A DNA stretch of 32,000 nt from Nostoc sp. PCC 7120 = FACHB-418 (GCF_000009705.1 NC_003267.1:69966-101965); one strand, 5' to 3'; shown: positions 1 through 8,841, counted from the first letter of the stretch. A program made the numbers and translations. Notes: generated by a model from the letters alone, not told the origin.

Positions 1-2
1 AG

Positions 3-437
3 TCAAGTATGGTAGTTATGAGTGTGATGACCACCGATGTTTGTTGTACCTTTTTCAGTCTCTACTTTAGTTTGGTAGCCCGTACTGTTGTCATAGTTAT
101 TTTGGGTCATGTTGCTGTTGTCTAACAGTTTTCCCACATTAATCTCTTGCGCCAGTGCTTGTACCTGGGAAGCAAATTGTGGCTCGTCATCCATCACATC
201 TTGTAAATAGACTGCTAGACGCTCTAACTCTGACTTATTTCCTTGTTCAACCGCAGTTAGTGCTTTTTCTGCTCTTGGATTACCTCGTAACTTATTCCAA
301 ATTTTCTGACGTAACTCATCCATCTTCACAAGGGCTGCTTCAGTGAATTTCTCTATTGTCGTCTCAAAAGCTTTAGTAAAAGCAAGAGTAACGATTACAC
401 CAGCAGTAAGTGGTTCCATGTACAACCTCATCAGCAC
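3..437 (-). CDS. hypothetical small protein with a helical N-terminal part and an Asn/Thr/Gly/His-rich tail
   Basis: 144-aa ORF with a TGA stop at 3-5. The ATG at 419-417 (MEPLTAGV...) is a more likely start than the ORF-track start. The tail reads NNYDNSTGYQTKVETEKGTTNIGGHHTHNYHT. No family recognised. Confidence 0.45.
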   Translation of the reverse strand: MLMRLYMEPLTAGVIVTLAFTKAFETTIEKFTEAALVKMDELRQKIWNKLRGNPRAEKALTAVEQGNKSELERLAVYLQDVMDDEPQFASQVQALAQEINVGKLLDNSNMTQNNYDNSTGYQTKVETEKGTTNIGGHHTHNYHT

Positions 438-1267
438 AGGATTCTATTAATTTATTACCACATATCTTCTGCTCTTAATTCCGCATTCCGCTAATGGGCT
501 ATTTCGTGTAATGAGGCCACGCAATGATCGTAGTTTTACATCCTCTTAGCTTTGCATTATTTATACTACATTTGTATTACAAAATCCTTAAATAAAAAAT
601 AAGATACCCTTATCTTTTATACGATGAAAACTACGATTAAAACCGAGGATTCTTGACAACACCGATTTTCGGACATCTTCTGTCCGTTGCTGACTTATAG
701 AATGTAGCTAAAGTCTTTACGGGAAATTCAGGGGATATGGCTGGGCGTTTACCTATACTTCTAGCCCACATCTTATATTAGCTGTTCTTTATCATTAGTA
801 TCTGCATTTTGGTTAATACTTTACATAACGTATCAATCTGCACGGTTTGCCTTGCTTCACATTGCATCTAGGTAATGTTAACTTATCGTTTAAGTAAGTT
901 AAGACTGCAACCATCTTTCCCTTGGGCTAAAGGACGATAGCCCTTGCACCTCTGTTTTAGTGAGCGCGGCAGAATTAGCATTTTGTCTTTTAGAGGTTTG
1001 GTTCACTAAGCTTTATGTATTAATCAGGGGAAACGCACCTTATTTCCTAACAAAAACTAATCAGGATTTCAAAATTATTTATGTAAGTGCAAAACTTGAC
1101 ACAAAGATAAACAGAACAAATCGATTCTTTTGCTAATACGTAAATTAGCTTATCTCTAATGAAATAACTGTTGTCTAAGGGTAAATTAGTTAACTATTTA
1201 GCCATGAGTAAGTAAGCTTATCCCTAAAAATAAGCAACAATCATAACTAAATTATTGATAGGCTAGT

Positions 1268-2440
1268 TTACGCTAAAGCTAGAACTCTTTCTAAATATTT
1301 ATTGTCCATTGCTGCCAGAAACTGTTTATTTTTGATTCCCCGTTTCACACGCTTCTCTTTACCTAAAAGATTTACTGCTATCTGCCGCATTACTGCAAAA
1401 TTTTGTGGAGCATTATCTTTCCTAATCCGGCAGTCATCTTCTTTTAAAGCTACATCTAATATCCAATGCAATGAATTTTCTATTCCCCAGTGACTGCGAA
1501 CAGAATTAGCAAATTGTTTGGCATTATCTTCAAGACTACTAATAAAATAACGAATCTCCACTGTTGTTTTAGCATCTACTTGCCGGACGGATTCTACCAT
1601 CCCAATACTATTAAACTTTGACCAAGCTGAATCAGGGTCAAGTCGGGATTAGATTCCTGTTAACATCGCGTAGTTGCGGATTTCATGACGACCATGCCCA
1701 TGTTCTTCTGTTTTGTATGTGCTATGTTGAAAATCTTGAAAACCTTTGCCTATCTCTGCTTTAAATAGTTGCTCTACTTCATCATACAGATTACCTTGAT
1801 TCTTTTTGAGGGTAATTACATAATCTGCGTTTTGTTGGCTAATTAACTTCACAATCTCCTTCTGGCAACCGATGGCATCAATTGTCACAATACAACCAGA
1901 TAGTTCTAATACTTTTATTAATTCGGGAATTGCTGTAATTTCATTTGATTTCTCATCCACCTTTACCTGCCCTAACACTAACTTATTTGTAGTTGCCCAC
2001 GCACTTACCATTTGTATTGCACTTTGGTTACTGCTTCTATCATGGGAGCCACATAAAGTTTTGCCGTCAATTGCTACTACCTCACCATCCGTCCTGATCT
2101 TTATTGACTTTATCCAGTTTAAGAAACATGACTGAAATTGCTGTGAATCCAATTGTGCAAAGACTCGTGCAAATGTATCGTGTGATGGTATTCCATTTGG
2201 TAGCTCCAAAAACGTTTTCAACCACTCATATTTTGTGCAGCCATACAATTCAATTGCCACCCAACTGTCCGCTCCACATATCACTGCACATAAAGCAATG
2301 GTGAGAATGTCAATTAATTTGTGCCGTTTTGTCCGATCTACTCTTGGATCTTCCATCTGTGCAAAGTGGTCAGTAATCGTGATTTTGGGCTTGAGCTTCA
2401 TGAAGAGAGTGGTACGGTAGTTCTTCTTTTTTTCTCGCAC
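1268..2440 (-). pseudogene. ISAs1-family (H-repeat-associated) DDE transposase interrupted by a single in-frame TAA
   Basis: The N-terminal ORF (1649-2440) has the ISAs1 signature DHFAQMEDPRVDRTKRHKLIDILTIALCAVICGADSW. The C-terminal ORF (1268-1600) has RYFISSL...HWGIENSLHWILDV. Both are in the same frame. Translating 1648-1601 gives SRLDPDSAWSKFNSIG with no further stop, so only the TAA at 1651-1649 breaks the frame. The likely true start is the ATG at 2401. Confidence 0.85.
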
Positions 2441-2668
2441 TCTTGAATTTACTACAAAAATGAACCCACATTGCCCTGGCAGCCTACGGTTGCCACAAAC
2501 CTCACCCCCCCCTCAAAACGATTATTATTATTTGCTTACTTCTGGACAGTCAGGAAAAAGCGTCCTTCTGCGTAGGCGCAGCCCGCCACAGGCATCACTA
2601 TCCAAAAAAACTTTTTGGTTTACTGTAGATAACACAACTCTTTTCTTGGTTCGTGAGTCAGGCAAATT

Positions 2669-3508
2669 ATGCAACTACATCGATTCGACAACATTCAGGA
2701 GTTCTGGCACTCCACTCAGGCTTACTTGCTCCAGCATCAGGTAGAAAACAATGTTTTGCTCAGTATCTCGCATACCTTGTTGCATAACCCAGAACGTTAT
2801 CTAGGCAAGCCTTATTTAGCAATTGTCCAAACAAGTGGTGAGATTCTGGCTGTTGCCATCCGCACCCCACCCCAAAAATTGATCCTATCCAAAGCCCAGA
2901 ATATGGATGCCTTGCGGTTGATTGCTCAAGATTTGCGTCAAGAGCAACTGCCAGGAAGTATGGGACTGGCAACTGAAGCAGAAATATTCTCGCAGACTTG
3001 GCAAGCCCTGACAGGACAATTCTATCAACGGTCGGTGGTAATGAAAATTTACCAATTAACGGCAGTGCAAACAGTCTCAACGTCCAGAGGATATCTTAGA
3101 CTGGCAACTGAAGGCGATCGCTCTATTTTGACTAAGTGGCTTTCTGCATTTTTATCTGAGATCGATGAGGCGGTGAGCGAAGATGTCGAACACCAGGTAG
3201 ATAATCGGTTGAAACAGCAGAATACTTATTTTTGGGTTGATAGCACTCCAGTTTCAGTTGCGTCTAGTAAACAAGTGTTACCTACAATTGGTCGGATCAA
3301 TTTAGCTTATACACCACCAGAGTATCGTCGTAAAGGATATGCCACTACCTGTGTCGCTGCATTAAGCCAAAAACTGCTAGATCAGGGATGCCGCCATTGT
3401 TTCCTCATAGCAGATTTAGCTAATTCCACAGCCAATCATATTTATCAAGCGATTGGGTATCGCCCCTTAAGCGATTGGCACGAATACTCATTCACCTCCA
3501 AGCAGTAA
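2669..3508 (+). CDS. GNAT-family N-acetyltransferase
   Basis: 279-aa ORF. The C-terminal acetyl-CoA binding block is YRRKGYATTCVAALSQKLLDQG...ANHIYQAIGYRP (R-x-x-G-x-A motif A). Confidence 0.75.
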   Translation: MQLHRFDNIQEFWHSTQAYLLQHQVENNVLLSISHTLLHNPERYLGKPYLAIVQTSGEILAVAIRTPPQKLILSKAQNMDALRLIAQDLRQEQLPGSMGLATEAEIFSQTWQALTGQFYQRSVVMKIYQLTAVQTVSTSRGYLRLATEGDRSILTKWLSAFLSEIDEAVSEDVEHQVDNRLKQQNTYFWVDSTPVSVASSKQVLPTIGRINLAYTPPEYRRKGYATTCVAALSQKLLDQGCRHCFLIADLANSTANHIYQAIGYRPLSDWHEYSFTSKQ

Positions 3509-3883
3509 GCATAATAAAGCAATCGCTTCCAGGCTTGGGAAATAAATCAAACCAGAAATATTAATTTTTTCATCAGCTCTTAATCTTGTTTGCCATTGAG
3601 AGTACTTTAGATGCGTTCGCCCTGATGTATTAATTGAGGCAGTAAAATATTGATTCTCAGTAATATATAGATATTGTCTAGGTAAAATAAATGCCTTTTT
3701 AATATACTTTTAAAGCTATTTAACCTAGATATATTTTTACTAACAAATGGGTATAACTTTTAACTAATTTATTTAGCTAAACTTTCGCACGAACGTAAAG
3801 ATGTTGGCTGTTACGTATTCTCTCGTAGCTTGTTTCAGAAATCAAATATGATTCCCATAGCAGATATAGCTGTGCTTCACATT

Positions 3884-5083
3884 TCAAATAGCTTGTTTTA
3901 AATTAGAAGCTGTCTTTTCTGGATTACCGGAAAATGGGAAAACTAAAATACTCTGAATATTGGGATTATTCACTAATTCTTTTAAACGACTAAGCTGCTT
4001 ATCTGTAATTGCAATTCCAGCATATTTTTGGGCGTAATTTAGTTCTTCAGTAAAATTCTTATCATTATATGCTTGAATGAATACTCGGTCTACACCCCAC
4101 TGTTCCCAATCAGCCGCAAAATATTTTTTAGCCCAATAAGGGTTATGATGACAAATATCAAAACTTACCAAAGAATTCGCTTCTTTCATCGAGCTTGTCA
4201 TTTGTTGTACAAACTTAGTTAAATGCTTAGTTCTGTCAGTTTTTCCCGGTAATTCAGCATAATATCCTAGATAATCATCCCATTGAACTGCATCAACATT
4301 AGGATATTTCTTAACGAACTCAACTGAAATATTTTTGAAGAAAGTAGCAACTTCTGGTTTCTCTACATCAAGTACATAATGGTCAATCCCGGCATAAGTT
4401 TTATCTATTCCTGGCACCATCCAATTTTTAGCAACAGCTAAATCAAAAATCGGACTATTTTTATCTATTTTAATTCCCTTCTCAAAATAAGCATGAACTT
4501 GCATTCCTTGTTTATGTGCTTCATCAATCAACCAATTTAACCATTTTTCTTGAAATTGGTTAGGACAACTGCTATATCCTAAAGTTTGCTGCATCACATC
4601 ACTTTTGTACATCGTACAACCATTACCCCAAACACCATGAATAATGGTATTGATACCTTGAGAACGATAGTAGCGAACTCTCTGACGAATCGTTTGCTCA
4701 TCGGCATTATTTGTAGCTTGATAACGACTTAAATAAATCCCTCTAATTAGTTTTTTCTCCCAAGGATTTGGAGGTAATACTGTTTTTCTCTCTTGTGTTA
4801 TTGTGCTTGAAGCTTTGTTATTTTTAGAAGCTACATTTACAGATGTAGGTAAAGAATTCTTTGGAGTTGCAGAAGCAGTGGGTATGGAAATTGAGGGGGA
4901 CGTTGGAGTAGGATTGAAAATTGGGATATTTATTCGTTCATCCTTGGATAAAAATCTGCTGAACATATCTAAATTTTCTGCTTGACTGAACCACCAGTAA
5001 CCACCTCCCGCGACAGCTAGTATTACGGATAATGGAATATTTAGGCACCCACATCCACTACGGTCTTTTTTTTGGTGCGGCAT
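3884..5083 (-). CDS. membrane-anchored glycoside-hydrolase-like family 10 (GHL10/DUF187-like) protein
   Basis: 399 aa. It has an N-terminal TM segment (IPLSVILAVAGGGYWWF) and a Ser/Pro/Thr linker. The next block, IRGIYLSRYQ...GINTIIHGVWGNGCTMYKSDV...LIDEAHKQGMQVHAYFEKG, resembles GHL10 TIM-barrel proteins. Confidence 0.55.
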   Translation of the reverse strand: MPHQKKDRSGCGCLNIPLSVILAVAGGGYWWFSQAENLDMFSRFLSKDERINIPIFNPTPTSPSISIPTASATPKNSLPTSVNVASKNNKASSTITQERKTVLPPNPWEKKLIRGIYLSRYQATNNADEQTIRQRVRYYRSQGINTIIHGVWGNGCTMYKSDVMQQTLGYSSCPNQFQEKWLNWLIDEAHKQGMQVHAYFEKGIKIDKNSPIFDLAVAKNWMVPGIDKTYAGIDHYVLDVEKPEVATFFKNISVEFVKKYPNVDAVQWDDYLGYYAELPGKTDRTKHLTKFVQQMTSSMKEANSLVSFDICHHNPYWAKKYFAADWEQWGVDRVFIQAYNDKNFTEELNYAQKYAGIAITDKQLSRLKELVNNPNIQSILVFPFSGNPEKTASNLKQAI

Positions 5084-5319
5084 ATTAATTTCAATATTAT
5101 CAGTTAATCTCGCTATATATACAGATTACTACCATTGTAGATTTACCGAAGAAGAATTCAGAATACATCTCTCATAAAATATTTTCAGAGTGAATCTTCA
5201 CAAATCAAAATCGAGAGTAAATGTATCATCATCAGGTTTTTCTGATGTTTGAGGTATAACGGTAACCAGATACCACCTGAGTCACAACGCGCAATTATTA
5301 CTGAGACGAAAGCAAATAT

Positions 5320-5500
5320 TAAGATGAACTACCCCTGGCTACTTCGTTGAGCCAGGGGTTTCTACATCCCCTAGCGTAGCCTGAGATTTTTGACGTTTCC
5401 TTTGACCCAGTTGCTTCATGCTTCCCGCAGTTTTGCGGGTACGTGAAGTAGAGCTAGAATCATCTACGCCTTCGAGACTCGTTCCAAATCCCGGTAGTCT
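5320..5500 (-). ncRNA. candidate TnpB omega (right-end) RNA scaffold region
   Basis: Called by position only. In characterised TnpB systems the guide RNA scaffold overlaps the tnpB 3' end and the RE. This segment contains the 5332-5358 hairpin and is not touched by the nested IS. Confidence 0.3.
5332..5358. repeat. RE subterminal hairpin CCCCTGGCT-9nt-AGCCAGGGG
   Basis: Perfect 9-bp stem straddling the tnpB stop (5339-5341). It has the same design as the hairpin at 8555-8583. Confidence 0.55.
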
Positions 5501-5903
5501 TCCTGAGTGCCAAAGCAACATAACCTCGCCAGAAGCGATGTCACGCTGCTGAGTGTAGTTACAATTAGAGCAAATATGCACTCTCTGGTCTAAAGTTTTC
5601 TTTTCCTGATGCCCACATTTAGGGCAAGTTTGTGATGGTTTTATCTTCTTAGTTGGTGCTTCAGAAAACACACCACTAAAATCATCCAACTTAGCCTTGA
5701 GGGATTGTTTTATCATCCCCATACCAACATCAAGAATTGATTTGTTCAGACCAGATTTTTGCTTCTTGCGTTTACCCTTTTTAGCTTTGGCACTCATATT
5801 TTTGACTTCTAGTTGTTCAGTTACCACCGTGCTATTACCGCTAATTATTCGTGTAGTAACTTGATGAACCCAGTTCTGACGCTGATTAGCTACTTTTCTA
5901 TAT
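5339..5903 (-). pseudogene. tnpB: tnpB C-terminal half (RuvC-II Glu, zinc finger, RuvC-III Asp)
   Basis: YRKVANQRQNWVHQVT...VVTEQLEVKNM...CPKCGHQ...CSNCNYTQQRDIASG. The first 34 aa of the track ORF 5339-6004 are read-through into the nested IS. Confidence 0.85.
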
Positions 5904-7216
5904 GAGAACTCCACAAAAAAGATGATCCAATAGCTATGCTGGTTTAGCAAAAATTTCCACAAACCATTTTTTGAGATTGGGGAGGCGGTTAATCTGGGTT
6001 TCAATTTCTTCCATAGCTGAAGTTGTAAGTTTAACTCCTGTGGAGTAAACTTTTTCTACCAGTGTGACAACCGGATTTTTACCCTTAAATGTGAGAGTTT
6101 GGGCGAAATTCAGTACGGTCTCAACGGTGTCAAGTAAACTACCATTCCAATGCTGTTCTAACCAACCAAAGCAACGTTCTATTGGGTTGTATTTGCTATG
6201 ATACGGCGGATAATAAGCAAGTTGTAACGTCAGTTGAGATGATGTGCTAAAATCTACAACCCGCTTCATAAACTGAGTGCGACGAGAATGATTTTCCGGT
6301 CCATTATCTTGATTAATTACCAGTTTTTGAATATGAGCAAATCGGTGTTTGACATTTTGCCACCAGCTTTCAAGCAAGTCAACAATACAATCAGCAGTTA
6401 ATTTGGAAGAAACGAAAAATAAAAATAACTCGTTGTACTCAGGTATAAAAATGCCGTAGGGAATCAGAGTCATCTCGGTCGGAAAGTCGTGGTCTAATGA
6501 GGTAGTTGGGATTCGAGTTTTACCACCTCGGTCAAACTCTCCAATCTTGACTGCCACCTTCGCATCAATGGAGATCCGGAGAGTATGAGGGTCATTATCA
6601 GCTTCAGTATTAATTTGCTCGACTTGTTCAAAAATGGCTTCTGTTTCTGGAATCTTCTTGATAGGCTTGGTTTTCAGAACTCGTTTTAAGGTATAACCCA
6701 AATCATTCAATCGTCGTCGAATTGTCTCTGATGAAGGTAGTTCTTTGTCACTGTAACCAAATTGTTCAATTAGTTGACGACGTACAACACTTGCCGTCAT
6801 GCGTGTATATAAGCGTGTACTCTTAAAACTGGGGTCAGTTTGAGTTTGTGGGTCTACTAACGATTTAATATCCTCCAACAAGTTTGGTAATTTTGTTTCC
6901 ACCCGCTTACGTCCACTACGCTCAAAACCATCAATAAAAGGCTTGCCACTCTCCAACTCCTGCATCCCTTTACGGATAGTACGCCTATTCCATCCCAACT
7001 CGCGTTCTACTAAAGTCTGTCCACCAATTCCCAAACCTTTGACCACTTCTGCCATGAATTGTCGTCGGTCGCTTCCCTTGAGTTTTTTCGCTGTTTTGAT
7101 GTAAAGAGATTTTAGGTTCTCTGTGAGTTGAATGATAGATTTTGGAGACATGAGGTAGGCTGCACACTGAAATTATCTTTCTCTGATCATAGGATCAATC
7201 ATTCTGTGCAGTTCTC
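5904..7216 (-). mobile_element. ISAzo13-like insertion sequence (1313 bp) nested in tnpB
   Basis: The termini are GAGAACTCCACAAAAAAGATGATCC (5904-5928) and the reverse complement of 7192-7216, GAGAACTGCACAGAATGATTGATCC, matching at 19/25. A 3-bp direct repeat TAT flanks it at 5901-5903 and 7217-7219. It has a single transposase ORF. Confidence 0.8.
5934..7151 (-). CDS. DDE transposase, ISAzo13-like
   Basis: 405 aa. The N-terminal HTH region is GGQTLVERELGWNRRTIRKG. The DDE region has INQDNGPEN and YYPPYHSKYNPIERCFGWLEQHW. As far as I recall, the size and the GA-starting ends fit the ISfinder description of ISAzo13. Confidence 0.8.
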   Translation of the reverse strand: MSPKSIIQLTENLKSLYIKTAKKLKGSDRRQFMAEVVKGLGIGGQTLVERELGWNRRTIRKGMQELESGKPFIDGFERSGRKRVETKLPNLLEDIKSLVDPQTQTDPSFKSTRLYTRMTASVVRRQLIEQFGYSDKELPSSETIRRRLNDLGYTLKRVLKTKPIKKIPETEAIFEQVEQINTEADNDPHTLRISIDAKVAVKIGEFDRGGKTRIPTTSLDHDFPTEMTLIPYGIFIPEYNELFLFFVSSKLTADCIVDLLESWWQNVKHRFAHIQKLVINQDNGPENHSRRTQFMKRVVDFSTSSQLTLQLAYYPPYHSKYNPIERCFGWLEQHWNGSLLDTVETVLNFAQTLTFKGKNPVVTLVEKVYSTGVKLTTSAMEEIETQINRLPNLKKWFVEIFAKPA

Positions 7217-7977
7217 TATAACTTACTAATCCGCGATTGAACTTTCTTCCATCTCCTAGAAGCTTTCTGTCTTTTCTTGTAATTAGGTGAACGCTTACGA
7301 CGTTTGGCTTTACTTAATTGTTTGATTTTCTTCTCTGCATTCCTAAAAAATCTAGGGGCAGAAATTAACCCGTTTTCTTCTCCGTTAGTCCAAGCAATTG
7401 CATCATTGCAACCCAAATCAATTGCAACCACACCACTATCTGTTTTACGGCTACTTCTCAGCATCTCATCATCTACATCCAAAACTATAGATGCGTACCA
7501 TTTACCATTGCGGTGAACTATGTCTAGTGCTTTGGGATGACCCCACAACCTAGACTTACCCCGCATTTGTATAGAACCAATCTTAGCTAGTTCTAGATAG
7601 CCGTTATCGCCTGTACTATGACATTTCCATCCTGTAAAAGATGGGTAGCTCCAACCAGAATAGCGGCGAATTGATTTGAATTTAGGATAACCACCTAGAC
7701 CTTTGAAGAAACGTTGGAATGCTAAATCAACACGTTTTAATGTTGATTGCAATGATTGGGAATTTATTTGTTTATATTCAGTCCAAACTTCCTTAAAATC
7801 TGGTAGGCAATTTTGTTGATCAAAGTACGAAACTGACTTACCAAATTTCTTGTAAGACGTAATTCTATTAGACACTGCGGCATTGTAGAGTTCTTTATGA
7901 AGTCTCCGGTGATAGTGCAATAAATCATTCACTTTCTTGGTTGGATATAACCTAAAAGTTGCTCTACGCAATGCCAC
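7217..7977 (-). pseudogene. tnpB: tnpB N-terminal half (WED/REC and RuvC-I Asp)
   Basis: MALRRATFRLYPTKKVNDLL...GYPKFKS...VVAIDLGCNDAIAW...ends QSRISKL, then a TAG created at the IS junction (7218-7216). Confidence 0.85.
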
Positions 7978-8008
7978 TAAATATCACCCCCTGTAGTAAT
8001 CAAGACTC

Positions 8009-8023
8009 ATGGTATAGTACCAT
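8009..8023. promoter_or_regulatory. palindrome ATGGTA-TAG-TACCAT in the tnpA/tnpB divergent control region
   Basis: Perfect 6+3+6 palindrome inside the 67-bp gap. It contains the -10-like hexamers TATAGT (+) and TACTAT (-). Confidence 0.3.
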
Positions 8024-8044
8024 TGGTGAAATTCAGTTGTCAAC

Positions 8045-8467
8045 ATGAAAACTCAGTTTAGAAAAGCGTCCCATGCTGTTTTTAGCATTCACTTACACGT
8101 TGTACTTATTGCCAAATATCGTAAAGAAGTTATTACACAGGAAATACTTGTTAAGTTACAAGAAGTATTCAACCGTGTTTGCGAGAAACGTAAATGCTTG
8201 CTTACTGAGTTTAGTGGCGAAGACAACCATGTGCATTTGTTGATAGACGTGCATCCTGACAACAATATTTCACAGCTAATTGGTTCACTCAAATCAGCAT
8301 CAAGTCGCATTATTAGAAAAGAGTTTCAAGATTATCTAAAACAATATTATTGGAAAGAGAAAGACCCTAGTTTTTGGACTGATGCCTACTCTGTCAATTC
8401 AGTGGGTGGCGCACCGCTAGAAATAGTCAAAGAATATATCCGTTCTCAGGACAAACCCGAAAGATAA
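8045..8467 (+). CDS. tnpA: IS200/IS605-family Y1 (HUH) transposase TnpA
   Basis: 140 aa. The HUH motif is NHVHLLIDV and the catalytic Tyr block is WTDAYSVNSVGGAPLEIVKEYIRSQ. Confidence 0.9.
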   Translation: MKTQFRKASHAVFSIHLHVVLIAKYRKEVITQEILVKLQEVFNRVCEKRKCLLTEFSGEDNHVHLLIDVHPDNNISQLIGSLKSASSRIIRKEFQDYLKQYYWKEKDPSFWTDAYSVNSVGGAPLEIVKEYIRSQDKPER

Positions 8468-8471
8468 TGTT

Positions 8472-8544
8472 GTCAAAAGCTCAACTGTCCCATTGGTTGT
8501 TTTACCTGCGGTAAAAATTACCAATGGGACGTTTCGCTTTTGAC
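8472..8544. other. long three-tier hairpin downstream of tnpA, inside the left end
   Basis: GTCAAAAGC (8472-8480) pairs with GCTTTTGAC (8536-8544). GTCCCATTGG (8487-8496) pairs with CCAATGGGAC (8521-8530). TTTTACC (8500-8506) pairs with GGTAAAA (8510-8516). No T-run follows, so it is not a classical terminator. Confidence 0.5.
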
Positions 8545-8554
8545 CCGCTTACAT

Positions 8555-8583
8555 CCCCTCCCTGCTAAAAGCTGAGGAAGGGG
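8555..8583. repeat. LE subterminal hairpin CCCCTCCCT-11nt-AGGAAGGGG
   Basis: 9-bp stem. The one C.A mismatch on the + strand becomes a G.T wobble on the minus (tnpB-sense) strand. It lies 15 nt inside the TTTAAC at 8604-8599 (minus strand). Confidence 0.5.
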
Positions 8584-8585
8584 AA

Positions 8586-8759
8586 TTACGCGGTTCTTGT
8601 TAAATTACGTAACCGAGCTAGAGCATTACTTGTTGCTGGTTGGCTTAACCCCAATCTGAGAGCGGCGCGAGTGACGTTCTGCTCAGTCATCAGTGCATCA
8701 AAAACTACCAGCAAATTTAAATCTATCCCGGCTAAATTGATGTGGTGAATATTACTCAT
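8586..8759 (-). pseudogene. LysR-family regulator, N-terminal HTH fragment only (57 aa)
   Basis: [53 protein letters not shown] is a typical LysR wHTH. The frame then runs into IS-end sequence (TRTA-stop). No effector-binding domain follows anywhere in the window. Confidence 0.8.
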
Positions 8760-8785
8760 ACAAATTATCCATTGGACAAATATAT

Positions 8786-8803
8786 CATCCCTGATCCAGG
8801 ATG
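8786..8803. promoter_or_regulatory. candidate LysR-type operator CATCC-N8-GGATG
   Basis: Inverted repeat in the 82-bp gap between the LysR fragment and the divergent DJ-1/PfpI gene. Confidence 0.25.
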
Positions 8804-8841
8804 AAATTATCACTGTGGTCGTAATTAGGACAACGATTTCC

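Larger units (their letters stand above)
5320..8598 (-). mobile_element. IS200/IS605-family element (divergent tnpA/tnpB) carrying a nested IS; outer ends approximate
   Basis: It contains a Y1 tnpA (8045-8467, +) and a split tnpB (7977-5339, -). Matched 9-bp-stem subterminal hairpins lie at 8555-8583 and 5332-5358. Without the nested IS the size is about 1.96 kb, typical for the family. Confidence 0.6.

Noticed and set aside
1025-2538. Attempts to define the ISAs1 termini. Candidates were CAGGG at 1025-1029 with CCCTG at 2474-2478, or TAAGCAACAATCATAA (1231-1246) with TTATTATTATTTGCTTA (2522-2538).
   Set aside because: Both candidate inverted-repeat pairs are weak (about 50% and about 75% identity). 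Neither is flanked by a matching 8-10 bp target duplication.
2460-2744. 94-aa ORF upstream of and overlapping the GNAT start.
   Set aside because: The translation is Pro/Ser/Arg-rich and low-complexity, crosses a poly-C tract, and overlaps the well-supported GNAT start at 2669.
5904-6004. The N-terminal 34 aa (MKPRLTASPISKNGLWKFLLNQHSYWIIFFVEFS) of the 221-aa track ORF.
   Set aside because: This is read-through from the tnpB C-half into the terminal inverted repeat of the nested IS, and it overlaps the IS transposase 3' end. It is not part of TnpB.
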